Part shown: piece by piece, positions 41,533 through 54,975 of the stretch
How the letters are laid out: every line of letters starts with the position of its first letter
How positions within the stretch are numbered: the stretch's first letter is position 1
Assembly: GCF_009914755.1 (NCBI RefSeq)
Contig: NC_060938.1
Strand: one strand, 5' to 3'
Length of the DNA: 64,000 nt
DNA from: the human T2T-CHM13v2.0 reference genome, Homo sapiens
Program-made: the position numbers and the translations under genes
Notes under the pieces: model-generated
The model's input: the letters and a program-made list of their open reading frames with translations, nothing else
Database searches by the model: none
What the model was told of the DNA's origin: nothing

Positions 41533-43290
41533 TGTATTAGTTTGTTCTTACACTGCTATGAAGAAATACCCAAGACTTCTTCACAGGGCAGCAGGACAGA
41601 ATGAATGCAAGCAGGAGAAATGCCAGATGCTTAGAAAACCATCAGATCTGGTGAGACTCATTCACTATTATGAGAACAGCATGGGAGAAACTACCCTCAT
41701 GATCCATTTACCTCCACCTAGTCTTGCCCTTAACACATGGGGATTACAGAGATTACAATTCAAGATGAGATTTTGGGTGAGGACCAAACCAAACAATATC
41801 ATTCCTCCCCAGCCCCTCCCATATCTCATGTTCTCACATTTCAAAACACGATCATGCCTTTCTAACTGTTCCCCCAGATCTTAGCTCATTCCAGCATTAA
41901 CCCAAAAGTCCAAGTCCAAAGTCTCATCTGAGACAAGGCAAGTCCCTTCTGCCTATGAGCCTGTAAAATTGAAAGCAAGTTAGTTACTTTCTAGATACAA
42001 TGGGAGTACAGGCATTGGGTAAATACACCTGTTCCAAATAAGATACATTGGCAAAAACAAAGGGGCTTCAGGCTCTATGCAAGTCTGAAATCCAATAGGC
42101 CAGTCATGAAATCTTAAAGTTCCAAAATGATCTCCTTTGACTCCATGTCTCACATCCAAGGTGGCGTGGGACTTGCACCCTCTGAAGCAATGGTCTGAGC
42201 TGTACCTTTGTCCCTTTTAGCCATGGCTGGAGATGAAGCAGCTGGGATGCTGGGCACAATGTCCTGAGGCTGCACAGAGCAGGGGAGCACTGGGACAGGC
42301 CCAGGAATCCATTTTTCCCTCCTAGACTTCCAGGCCTGTGATGGGAGGGGCTGCCAGGAAGGTCTCTGACATGCCCTGGAGACATTTTCTCCATTGCCTT
42401 GGTGATTAATATTTGGCTTCTCATTACTTATGCAAATTTCTGCAGCTGGCTTGAATTTCTTCCCAGAAAATAGGTTTTTCTTTTCTGTCACATCATTGGA
42501 CTGCAAATTTTTCAAATGTTTTTGCTCTGCTTCCCCTTGAACACTTTACTGCTTAGAAATTTATTCTACCAGATACCCACTATCATTTTTCTCAAGTTTA
42601 TAGTTCCACAGATCTCTAGGGCAGAGGCAAAATGCCACCAATCTCTTTGCTAAAGCATACCAAGAGCGACCTTTACTCCAGTTCCCAACAAGTTCCTCAT
42701 CTCCATCTGGGACCACCTTAGCCTGGACTTCATTGTCCATATCACTATCAGCATTTTGGTCAAAGCCATTCAACAAGTCTGTAGGAAGTTCCAAACTCTC
42801 CTACATTTTTCTGTCATCTGAGCCCTCCAAACTGTTCCATCCTATGCCTGTTATCCAGTTCCAAATTTGCTTCCACATTTTTGGATATCCTTGTAGTAGT
42901 ACCCCACTCTTGGTACCAATTTACTGTATTAGTCTGTTCTTACACTGCTGTGAAGAAATACCTGGGTCTGGCTGTTTTATAAAGGAAAGAGATTTAACTG
43001 ACTCACAATTCCACATTGCTGAGAAGACCCTAAGAAACTTACAATCATGGCGGAAAGCAGGCACCTTCTTCACAGGGTGGCAGGATGGCATGAGTGCAAG
43101 CAGGAGAAATGCCAGATGCTTATAAAACCATCAGATGTTTTGAGACTCACTAACTATCATGAGAACAGCATGGGGGAAACTGCTCCCATGATCCGATTAC
43201 CTCCACCTGGTCCCACCCTTGACATGTGGGGATTATGGAGATTACAATTCAAGATGAGGTTTTGGGTGGGGACACAGGCAAACCATATCA
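41533..43290 (-). mobile_element. THE1C-like MaLR element with two LTRs and an internal region
   Basis: LTRs at 41533-41801 and 42925-43290, internal region 41802-42924, 5-bp TSD gcatc at 41528-41532 and 43291-43295. Confidence 0.92.
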
Positions 43291-44374
43291 GCATCCTTTG
43301 GATTTCACTGCCACTCCTGTATCCTCTACAACTACACACCCATCAGTGGCCTTTGTTTTTCTGCACCTACCTTTTCTCCAGATTGAAATCTCAGAACTAT
43401 TTTTCAATAATAGCAGGTAGATTTTCAGTAACTATGAGAAGGAAGTATATAACTAGTTATCTGGGTTGATGAGCTACCCAGCAATCCATTCATCAGCAAT
43501 AAGTCTTGTAAAAACATAAAAAAGAAAACTCTTCAGGCTTCCTTTATTAATATTAAAGATTGTTAGAAGTGATCAAAAGTAAGTTAATTATTACGTCGCC
43601 TCCTTTCTTAAACACAGATCTTCAACTAATTAAGGAAGTACCTTCTGTATTACTAAAGGCACTGTGCTTCAGTCAATGATATGCATATATCCTACAATGA
43701 AAAAATCTAGGTTTAAAGTGATAAACAGCTTCTCTTCTCCACTGATTGGAAGTTGCCACTTGCAAGAAAGCCTGACCAGTTGAAGGACAAAGTTGAAAAG
43801 TTCTTTGTTTTTGATGATGTGCCCTGTTTTTAAATTCGAGAGCAACAAGGCGTGACTACTTTCCTGTTTCCAAAATTAGCAGGAGTAGCAGGACAAGATT
43901 AATAGGTGGGTTCATTATGCCTAAGAAGCTGACTTTTTTTTCCACAGAAAATAATTGCTTTTTTGGAGTGCAAAAAGCTTTTGCTCATGCAGTGTCAAGA
44001 TCTGTTATGTTGATTGGGGGATGAAGTCACTCTTCCCACTGTTTGTAGGGCAGAAAGTCAATAAATGTGATCGGTGGTTTTGTACAGCATTGAAAAGTCT
44101 CCAGAAGATTTCTCTCTTTTGGGACCCACTAAAAACCAGAGGACTCCAGGAAATAAAGCCAAATTGTGCTCTTTTGACATGGGGCCATAAACGTAATGGA
44201 ATGATTTTTCCCATGAAAGATCTGAGCAAAATAACCTCTACTGATTTATTTGACTGAGTCACATCCAGCTTTCCTTCCTTCTTAGGTGCTGTTGCTTCAG
44301 AAAGTATCATCACAATTTCATTATCTGTCTAATACTGTGTAAACAGATACCTTATTTCAAATGGACACAAGGAG

Positions 44375-44616
44375 GTAGTGGAGTAGAGAGTAAGATCATG
44401 GGCTCTTGAACCAGACTCTTGGATTCTAAACTTGATTCAGCTGGTTTTAGAATGTTGGGTGAGTAACTTACTTTTTCTTTGCCTCAGTTTCTTTATCTAA
44501 AAAGGGAGAGAGGGTAGATAATTACCTCCCATGGCCATGGAGTGTTTTTGTGAGGATTAAATTTATTTATGTAAAGTGCATGGCAGATATGATGATGATG
44601 ATGATGATGATGATGA
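44375..44616 (+). mobile_element. MIR with (GAT)n tail
   Basis: MIR core (gcctcagtttctttatctaaaa...tgtgaggattaaa) and (GAT)n at about 44590-44616. Confidence 0.75.
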
Positions 44617-45170
44617 TTACTGAGGTAACAAGGACTGGCTGAACATTCTCTTGTGGCATTCAGGGAACACTGAAGGTGAATTCTGCCTAGCATTAACATT
44701 TGTGGGTGGATGAATCCTTGCACATATAGTCAGATAAATGTTTAATAAGTGGTCATTGGGGGTTTGACAAAGCAAGGAGACATTTAGAAAACATACAGAA
44801 TCCTGTTTTAGAATGTCTTACTTGATAGATATTATTTCTATTTACAGGCTTACTTTGGAGATATTGCAGGTTTGGTTCTAGACACCAAAATAAAGCAAAT
44901 ATCTCAATTGAATGAGTCACATACATTTTTTGGTTTCTCAGTGCGTATAAAAGTTATGTTTACACTATTATGTAATCTATTAAGTGTGCAATAAAGTGAT
45001 GCCTTAAGAAGTACATACCTTAATAAAAAATATTTTATAGCTAAAAAATACCAACAGTCATCTAAGTCTTCAGTGAGCCATAATCTTTTTGCTTGAGGGT
45101 TTTGCTTCGATGTTGATGGCTGCTGAATGATCAGGGTGGTGGTTATTGAAGGTTGAGGAGGCTGTGGCAA

Positions 45171-45469
45171 TTTTTTTTTTTTTTTTTGGAGACAGAGTCT
45201 TGCTCTGTCGCCCAGGCTGGAGTGCAGTGGAGCGATCTTGGCTCACTGCAAGTTCTGCCTCCTGGGTTCATGCCATTCTCCTGCCTCAGCCTCCTGAGTA
45301 GCTGGGACTAGAGGCGCCCACCACCACGCCCAGCTAATTTTTTGTATTTTTAGTAGAGATGGAGTTTCACCATGTTGGCCAGGATGGTCTCGATCTCCTG
45401 ACCTCGTGATCCGCCTGCCTCGGCCTTTCAAAGTGCTGGGATTACAGGCGTGAGCCACCGCACCTGGCT
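45171..45469 (-). mobile_element. AluY/AluSc-like in Tigger1
   Basis: Antisense Alu; TSD ggctgtggcaatttttt starting at 45160 and 45470. Confidence 0.94.
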
Positions 45470-46055
45470 GGCTGTGGCAATTTTTTAAAATAAGACAGCA
45501 ATGAAGTTTGCTGCATTGATTGACTCTTCTTTTCACAAAAGATTTCTCTGTAGCATGTGATGCTGTTTGATAGCATTTTACCCACAGTGGAACTCTTTTC
45601 AAAACTAGAGTCAATCCTCTCGAACCTTGCCACTTCTTTATCAACTAAGCTTTTGTATTATTCTAAATCGTTTGTTGTCACTTCAGCCGTGTCCACAGCG
45701 TCTTCACCAGGAGTAGATTCTGTCTTAAGAAACCACTTTGCTCATCTGCTCATCTGTAAGAAGCACTTCTTCATTCATTCAAGTTTGACCATAAGATTGC
45801 ATCAATTCATTCAGATCTTTAGGCTCCACGTCTAATTCCAGTTCTCGTGCTATTTCCACTGCAGTTACATCCCTACTGAAGTCTTGAGCCCCTCAAAAGT
45901 CATTCATAAGGGTTGAAATCAACTTCTTCCAAACTTCTGTTAATGTTGATATTTTGGCCTCCTCCCATGAATCACAAATGTTCTTAATGACATTTAGTGA
46001 ATCCTTTCCAGAAGGTTTTAATATGGTAGCAGTAGCCTTATGAAATGCATTTCTT

Positions 46056-46246
46056 TAAGGGGAGTTACGCTTATTTTTCTTTTGTCTTTTTTTTTTTTTT
46101 TTGTCTTTTTTTTTTTTTCCTTTTTATGGAGAACGGGGTCTTGCTATATTGCCCAGGCAGGTCTCGAACTCCTGGGCTCAAGCTATCCTCCCGCCTCTTG
46201 CCTCCCTGAGAGCTGGGATTACAGGCGTGAGCCACTGCGCCCGGCC
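46056..46246 (-). pseudogene. BCYRN1P: BC200 RNA (BCYRN1) retrocopy
   Basis: Minus strand reads ggccgggcgcagtggctcacgcctgtaatcccagctctcagggaggcaagaggcgggaggatagcttgagcccaggagttcgagacctgcctgggcaatatagcaagaccccgttctcca, then an A-rich domain, then the BC200-unique taagcgtaactcccc. TSD atgaaatg(c/t)atttctt at 46040-46055 and 46247-46262. Confidence 0.92.
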
Positions 46247-47263
46247 ATGAAATGTATTTCTTAAATAATAATACTTGAAAATTGAAATTCCTCCTTGATC
46301 AGTGGGCTGCAGAGTGGATGTTGTGTTAGCAAGCATGTAAATAACGTTGATCTCCTTACACATCTCTATCAGAGCTCTTGGGTGACAAGGTGTACTATCA
46401 GTGAGCAGTAATATTTTGAAAGGAATCTTTTTCTGAGCAGTAGATCTCAACACTGGGCTTACAATATTTAGTAAACCATTCTATAAACAGATATGCTGTC
46501 ATCCAGGCTTTGTTGTTTTATTTCTAGAGCACAGGCAGAGTACACTGAGCATAGTTCTTAGGGGTCCTAGCATTTTCAGAATGGCCAGTGAGCACTGGCT
46601 TCAATTTAGTCACCAGCTACATTAGGACCAACCAAGAGAGTCAGCATGTCCATTGAAGCCTTGAAGCCAGGCGTTGATTTCTCCTCTCTAGCCATGAAAG
46701 TCCTAGATGATATCTTCCAATAGAAGGCTGTTTTGTGTACATGGAAAATCTGTTGTTTGGTATAACCAGCTTCATTAATGATCTTAGCCAGATCTTCAGG
46801 ATAAATTGCTGCAGCTTCTACATCAGCACTTGCTGCTTTGCCTTGCACTTTTATATTATGGAGATGGCTTCTTTCCTTAAACCTCATGAACCAACCTCAG
46901 TGAGCTTCCAAGTTTTCTTCTGCAGCTTCCTTCTGCACCTCTCAGCCTTCATAGAATTGAAGAGAGTTCGGGCCTTGCTCATGATTAGGCTTTGGCTTGA
47001 GCAAATGTTGTGGTTAGTTTGATCTTCTATCCAGACCACTAAAACATTCTTCATATCAGCAGTAAGGCTGTTTTGCTTTCTTACCATGCCTGTGTTCACT
47101 GAAGTAGCAATTTTAGTTTCCTTCAAGGACTTCTCCTTTGCATTCACAACTTGGCTAACTCTTTGGTGCAAGAGGCCTAGCTTTTACCGTCTTGGCTTTT
47201 CACATGCTTTTCTCACTCAGCTTTATCATTTTTATCTTTTGATTTAAAGTGAGATATCTGTGA

Positions 47264-47737
<474 letters not shown>

Positions 47738-48233
47738 TGATTAAGCTTACTGTCTTATATGGGTGCAGTTTGTGGCACCCAAAACAATTACTATATTAAC
47801 ATCAAAAGTCACTGATCACAGATCACCATGACAGATGTAATAATAATGTAAGGGTTTGAAATTATTGTGTGAATTACAAAAATGTGACAGAGACACAAAG
47901 TGAGGCATGTGCTGTTGGAAATATTGTGCTGATACACTTGCGCAATGCAGGGTTGCCAACAACCTTCAATTTGTAAAAAAAAAAAAAAAAAAGCAATATC
48001 TGTGAAGTGCAATGAATGAAAGCATAATAAAACAAGATATATCTATTTTTTTCTAAAAAGGTACAATGATGAGGATAAAACTAATAGCTATCTCTCTATA
48101 ACTCCACATCTTGTAATCCTCTGTCACATTTAGGTTTTGCGCTGGTATTGGTACAAGGACTTAGGATCACATTCACTGTAGGAGGCCCAGAAAAGGTCAT
48201 AATAGTCATTGCATAAAATAAGGTATTTAGAGC

Positions 48234-49198
48234 TGTTAAAGAAAAAAAAGATTCAAAAACTTGGTAAAGTTGGTAAGGCAGACTTTATTCAAGGGAGGCA
48301 TGGTGATAGTTGCAGGGACCACTGCCATAGGGTCTTGCAGTGGAGGAGAGAGCCTGGACTCAACTCTGACTCCAACAAGGACAAGTGGGGGTTTATAACC
48401 ACTGAGCAGGGTAGGGGTCAGTGGATGGAAAATTATTAAGAGGAAACTTCAAAGATAAGGGGTTACTGGCTAAGCCAAATTGTTATAATTATTGCTGAAG
48501 GGAGGCCAGGTTTATAAGATACTGGAGGGTGGTCAGATGCCAAGGTTGGGGACATTTTCCCTAAACTGACTGCTATAGTTTAGGTGTTTGTCCCCCTAAA
48601 CCTCATGTTGAAATCTGATTTCAATGTTGGAGGTGGGGCTGTAATGGGAGACGTTTGGGTCAAGGGAATGGATCCCTCATGACTCCATTAATGCCCTCTC
48701 TGGAGGGCAGATGAGTGAGTTCTTTCTCTATTAGTTCCTGCAAAAGCTGTTTGTTAAAAAGATCCTGGTACTTCCCTCTGCTCGCTCTTGCTCGCTCTCT
48801 CTCTCTCTCTGTCTCCCTCCCTCTCTCTCTCTCCCCTCCCCTCCTTTCTGTCTCTCTGTCTTGCTCACTTCTTCTCCACTCATGTACCCTCTGCACAGGC
48901 AAACTCCCTTTCATCTTCCACTCTGAGTGGAAGCAGTCTGAGGCCCTCCCTCAATGCACAATCATGAACCTTCCAGCTTGCAGAATCGTGAGCTAAATAA
49001 CTCTCTTTTCTTTATAAATTACCCAGCCTCAGCATTCCTTTATACCAACACAAAACAGACTAAGACACTCATTTAGCAGTATTTTTTCTCAAACTGGATT
49101 CAGCAAGGACAGAGAGAGAACCCCAAGGTCAGCCTAGTCAAGCAGAGGACTCAGAGGGGCTGGATACAAGTTTTGATCAAAGGAGGCAGTCTTTGTCA
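48234..49198 (-). mobile_element. MER31-like ERV1 solo LTR split by an MST LTR
   Basis: The minus strand begins tgacaaagactgcctcctttgatcaaaactt and ends ...ctttaaca, with AATAAA on the minus strand near 48285. Confidence 0.72.
48571..49067 (+). mobile_element. MSTB-like MaLR solo LTR with internal (CT)n
   Basis: tgctatagtttaggtgtttgtcccc ... tttataaattacccagcctcag ... acagactaagaca. Confidence 0.85.
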
Positions 49199-50437
49199 CA
49201 GCCACTGGGGACATACAATCAGGCCAGATTCGGTAAATAAGAATAACCTTTTATAAGTCGAGAAAGATCACGAAGAGGCAGGATATTGCTCTACCCTGGG
49301 TTAGGAGGATCATGAGCAAGCCTTTCTTCCTCCTTTCACTTTTAGTTTCAGATGTTCAAGACTGTGTGGGTACATTGGTGGAAGTGAAAACAGTAAGAAA
49401 GGCTGGGAGCTTCTGGGCTGTGGGTAGTTTGGGTTGGTTGTTGGAGGGAGGACTGCCACCCTGGACAAAAGAGGGGCCAGGGGAGTTCCCAGAGCTTTGG
49501 ATATGGGGCAGGCCCCTGGGAATTGTTGAGAAGGTGCTTTGGGTTTCCCTTCAAGTTGCCCATCTCATTTCACAGGTTAGTGAGAGGGACAAGGATTCAG
49601 GTTCACTGACCCAACCAAAGTGGAGGGGCTATATTTGTCCCTGAGTTCCAGATACAGGTAGTTGGGTGGTCTTAAATATAGTCAAGAATGTTTCCTTCAT
49701 GACAAAAAAAAAAAAAAACACTATACAATTTTTACTTCTATAGAACAAACAATTTTTACTTCTTTTTAAAAGAAGCTCTTTTGAGCTTCTTTTGCTGCAG
49801 TATCTTTTTATATGCATCTAGATTTTTATAGAGTCTTGAAATTCATTGATATATGAGAAACTGAGGCCACCAATGACAGAAATTGTGTATGTTAGTAAAT
49901 TGCGTATGTTAGTAAATACGTTAGTAAATAAGGGTAGCTAAGGAAAACCAAGCCTCTGGGATTGTATTGAACAGTTTCATAGCTGTGGTTCTGTGAGTGA
50001 ATGGGAGAGGGCTGGCTTCCTGCATGTGGGGGTTGGCTGGTGAATGAGGAAAATTAGCATGGCTGGGTTGATTTTTCTCTTTGAAAAGACTTTGTTCCCA
50101 GATGTCATACATATTATTTAGCTTGAATAAATATGAAATATTCTGGGGAAATAAATATAAGTCCCTGCAGTGCAGAGACTCTCTGTTGCTAACTTCAGTT
50201 CAGGTGCTTTCAGTTACAAGAAAGGAGGTGACGTTTGTCTCCAGTGTGTGTGAGTGCTCCCTTGGCTTTTGGCTAAGGTACTTTGCTTCTTTTGCCTTTT
50301 AAAATTCCACTAATCACTTCATTTTTCTTTTGGCTCTAGAGAAAGCCAGAGTGTTTTATTCCTTGATGAGCATTTGAGAACTGAATCCTTTAATTTATCT
50401 TTTGGTCCACCTTCCAGGACATGTGTGCACGTGCATA

Positions 50438-50443
50438 CACACA

Positions 50444-50482
<39 letters not shown>
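50438..50482. repeat. (CA)n microsatellite
   Basis: Visible directly. Confidence 0.95.
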
Positions 50483-50485
<3 letters not shown>

Positions 50486-51257
50486 TTATCCATCTCTCTC
50501 TTGCTTTTGTGGCAAGCACGTCTTCACCTGTTTTTTTTTTCCCCTTGCAAACTTGAGCATTGATTCACATTTCAAGCCAATTGTTTATTGCTGTTGCTAT
50601 TGAGAATGTGACATTAGGGAGATTCAGAACAATGCATTTCAGCTCACTGTTGACTCATGTTGGATGATTTCAGCAGCAGCAGCTCAAGCTGGTGGCCTGT
50701 GGGATCAAGATAATGAGCCTGAATAGCTGCCGCTGCAGCACTGAGAGGACAAGTAGGGCTGGAGGGACCAACAGCTGGGACCCTTCCAGAATTCTAAATG
50801 ATCATGCAAAAGACAGAAACAAGGCAGTTTGCATCAGGAAAAGGTGATAAAGGTAGAACAACTTATTAGAACAGAGAACAAGATAAAAGGAGTGATAGGG
50901 AAAAGAATGAAGCCAGAAAATATAATAGTGTATAACCTTAGGCTAGGATCCTACTGAATAAGTCAGCTGGTAAAGTCTAAAAGGATAAGGTAGTAGAGAT
51001 GCTCTGAAGGTTGAAAGTTCTTATTTTGGTAGAAGGTAGTCAGTTCTTGCTGGCTGTGTTATATAATTATGTGTCCATGTTTTGACACATATGTTGCTTT
51101 CATCTATTTTAAAGGTTGTTTTGGAAAATATAAGAAAATTCCCTACAGCAAATGGCAGGACCCTAATTAAAATGATAAATGCAAAAGAATTTATTGACTC
51201 ATCCAGGGGCGAGGCTGACTGGGTTTGGCTGGACTGAAGCATTCAAAGGAAGATCTC

Positions 51258-51700
51258 ACTTCCCTGCCTCCCTCCTTCCCTTCCTTTTCTCCTTTTCTCT
51301 CCACTTACTCCCCTTTCTGCATCTCTGCCCCTTCTCCTTCGCCCTGCATCCTCCCACCATAAACCTCTCCTCTTCCTCCCTTCTCTCTCGCTTCTTCCTC
51401 GCATCTTTCCCCTGACCCTCCGTCTCTCTGACTCTACCCTCCTCACACCACCCTGGCCCCTCTCTCCATTGCTTGCTAATCTCTCTTTCCATCCCCTTGA
51501 TTTCTCTCTCCCTCCACCTCTAGCTGCTACTCTCGCCCCGTCTGCCTCCTCTCCTTCACACCTCATGCTCCTTTCTCTCTTTGCCCTCGCTTTGTCCCCA
51601 CTGCTCCCCTGGCCACCCTTGGCCTCCATTTTCTCTCATGCTCTGCCTTCCATTCTTTCTCCTTCCCCCATTTATTCTTCCTCACCCCAGCCCTCTCATG
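51258..51700. repeat. Long C/T-rich low-complexity tract
   Basis: About 440 bp with a strongly pyrimidine-biased plus strand. Confidence 0.85.
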
Positions 51701-53213
51701 GCTCTGTTGCTCCCTTTGCTAATTTTGTTCCAGGGCTGACTCTCCTCCGTGGTGACCTGCCTGCTGCTCCAGACTTGTATCCCCAGCTTGGCCTTCCCAG
51801 TGGAAAAAGAGTTTCCCTTTCACAATAGTTCCAGTAAAAAGTCTCAGGATTGACTCTCATTTGGCTGATGTGGGGACCAAGAGGCTTTAGAACCGATGGG
51901 GGGTGGTGACATCCCTTTCTGAACCATGTGGACTGAAGTTCAGGTACATCAGAGTGCTGGAGAAGGGGAATTGAGGACTGCATTCAGAAGAAAGGGGATT
52001 AGATACCGGGCCGGCAAGAAAACTAAGGCACCATTACTGTTCCCATTGGCCAGGCTTGGTTGGTAGTGGCTGTAACAAACAACCCCCACATCTCAGTAAA
52101 ATACAAAATAAACGGTTTTTTTTTTTCCTTCCCTTTGCCACGGTCCAGTGCAGGTGGGGCCGCCTTCCACAAGCCTTCCTCAGTGTGGTGACTCAGGTGT
52201 GGTCCTGCTGTACTGGAGTCCTTCACTTCCAGGGCATCAATAGGAGGAAAAGAGTATAAAACAGGCCGTTATAGCGACACTCATGTGGTGTAGAGAATTC
52301 CTGCACACTTCCCATTAACTGGAACCCAGTTCCTGTTCTTGATCTTACCAGAAGAGATACTGGGAAACTTCGTGTTCTTATGTGCCCAGAAAGAAAGTGA
52401 ATGTGGTTTGGGGAGCACACAGCATTGTTATGGCCATAGCCAGGCTGTTTGGATACATAATTGGATGACAAGCAGCTGGTACTAAACCAATATAAAGTTA
52501 ACGCTGGGTATTTATGACTTGTACGTTTATGCTTTCCTCTGAAATGCCTTTCATTCCTTCTTTGATTTTAGATCTTGTCCTGAAATTCTGCTTTTATGTG
52601 AAGCCTTCCAATATGGCACTGTATAAGAGCTTAGACTTTGGAACCAAATGGCATAAGTTAAGTTTCAGCTTCCCCATTTTCTAGGGGGTGACCTGGAGCA
52701 AATTAACCTCATCAAGCCTTTGTTTCCTCCTCTCATATACTGTGCAAAAAGAATCATTAATAATAATCCAGATTTAAAAAGCATTCAAATCACTTGGGTG
52801 CTTGTGACGTTTTCTTTTTTTAGCTGTAATTTTACTTAGCAACTCAGTGAAGCTCAGCAAATCAGTGGTACATCTGGGCGTGGGCTGCACTGTAGGCTCC
52901 CATTTTCCATCCACTAGAATCTTATGATTTCAGAGCCAAAGGGAAGTTCAGTGGTCACCATTCCAACCTCCCCATTTTACAGAAGAGGAAACTGAGGCTC
53001 AGGCAACTTGATTGTGCACATGGTGGCAGAGCTGGAGGTAGGTCCCATGTCCCCCGATTCTGCATCTTCTGATTCCGCATCTGAGAGCCTGTGGCTCCTC
53101 TCTCAGCGGTGGCCTTTTTCTTTTGCAAATCTTGTTACCTCAACACATCAAAACCTGGCAGTCTAAGGAGAAGGCTCCTCAGTTCTACCCCACAGCTCAG
53201 GAAAAAAAGGCCT

Positions 53214-53615
<402 letters not shown>

Positions 53616-53657
53616 CTATCTGCAGCAACTGTGGTTTAAAACTTTTTGGTTTTACAG

Positions 53658-53698
53658 AGATGGCTGCTGCAGCTCAATGAGAGGTGATAAAGACATAG
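53658..53698 (+). other. Candidate exon B (speculative, 41 nt)
   Basis: Acceptor actttttggttttacag and donor AG|gtaatt; only one of the three frames is open. Confidence 0.3.
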
Positions 53699-54689
53699 GT
53701 AATTGCTGTAGAATAATCCTGCTGCCAAGAAGATGATTGAACTCCCACACAGAAGGTGAACAGATGGTATATTTATTGAAATTCATAGGCTGTGAGATGG
53801 AATAATTTAACTGATGGCTGGGCACCCTCATTTCAGATTGAGGGAGGTTCTCAGAAGAACAAGTGTGCCGCTAGGTGGCGTGATTATCTAGGGCCCAGTG
53901 TGGTCTTCTCAGAGAGGGAGGCTGGATTCTGTGCACACTCAAGAATCACTTCATTTCCTAATTGGGATGACAAATCTTCCCTGTGGCTAAGTAGGAAACC
54001 ATCATGTTTTTAAAACTTAAAATCGCTTTAATTATAAAATAAATATTTACCACTAAGGACTTTTGCATGGAAAAAATGCAATCAAATGACAGGATATCAA
54101 ATTACCAAAGAGATGGGGTCATGGCTTGTTGGGGGGCAGTTTCTGGACCAGGAGTAGCTGTGGGCTCCAACACTGTCTCAAAGCATTGGCCCATCTGGGC
54201 CCAATGACATTTGCTCCCTGCCAGCTGCCTCACTCCTCAGCTCTGCCCACTGCTTGCAGTGCAGAACGGCAGAAACAACGGGGGCTCTAGAAACCTCATT
54301 TTTGGAAGTTGGTATCGTTAATGGCATTATATCAGAGGAAGAATAAAGGAATCCATTGTGAACTAATGTGAAGGAATGGAGGTAATGATTAGATCGCACA
54401 GGTAGGTTGATAACAACTTAACCTCTGATGGTTTCCCATCCTTATCTCTTTTGTTAAGTTAAATTTTTTTTAAAAAAATCAAAGTTCTTCCTCTAATGCT
54501 GAATCCCTCTGGCTTCCAAATCTAGAGCACCAAGAAACTTTGCCAGTGACTTTGGGATGCCCACACCTTGCTGATTTTGTGTGGGTACCACTTCCTGCTT
54601 ATGTTTGATTTCATAAATGTGTCCACTTTTCAGCTCAGCAAATATTCATTGAATCTTTTTCTTGTTCAAGCTGTTCCTTTTTGTGTCTG

Positions 54690-54975
54690 AGTTTTCTCAT
54701 CTGCAAAATGAATATAAATACTTGTCTCAAAGGGTTGTTGTGAGGATTAAATGAGTACTTTTATGTAAAATGCTTAAAACAGGGCCTGGCAAATAGAAAG
54801 TACTCAGTGAATATTAGCTGTATTTTACTATTACTGCTACCCCCACCACTAGCTACTATTGTATTACTACTACCACACCACTGATGCTGCTGCTGTTACT
54901 ATGTATTTCTACTATATTGTTACTACTACTGCTACTGTTACTCTTGCATTACTACCACTGTTACTCCTACTATTC
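54690..54975 (+). mobile_element. MIR followed by (TAC)n-like low-complexity tail
   Basis: MIR core 'ctcatctgcaaaatg...gttgtgaggattaaatgag'. Confidence 0.7.

Noticed and set aside
41558-43469. ORFs of 60-140 aa over THE1
   Set aside because: They are MaLR LTR or internal sequence translations, fragmented and common to many copies.
51179-51828. Arg/Glu/Gly-rich and Ser/Pro/Leu-rich ORFs
   Set aside because: Artefacts of the C/T low-complexity tract, which lacks stop codons.
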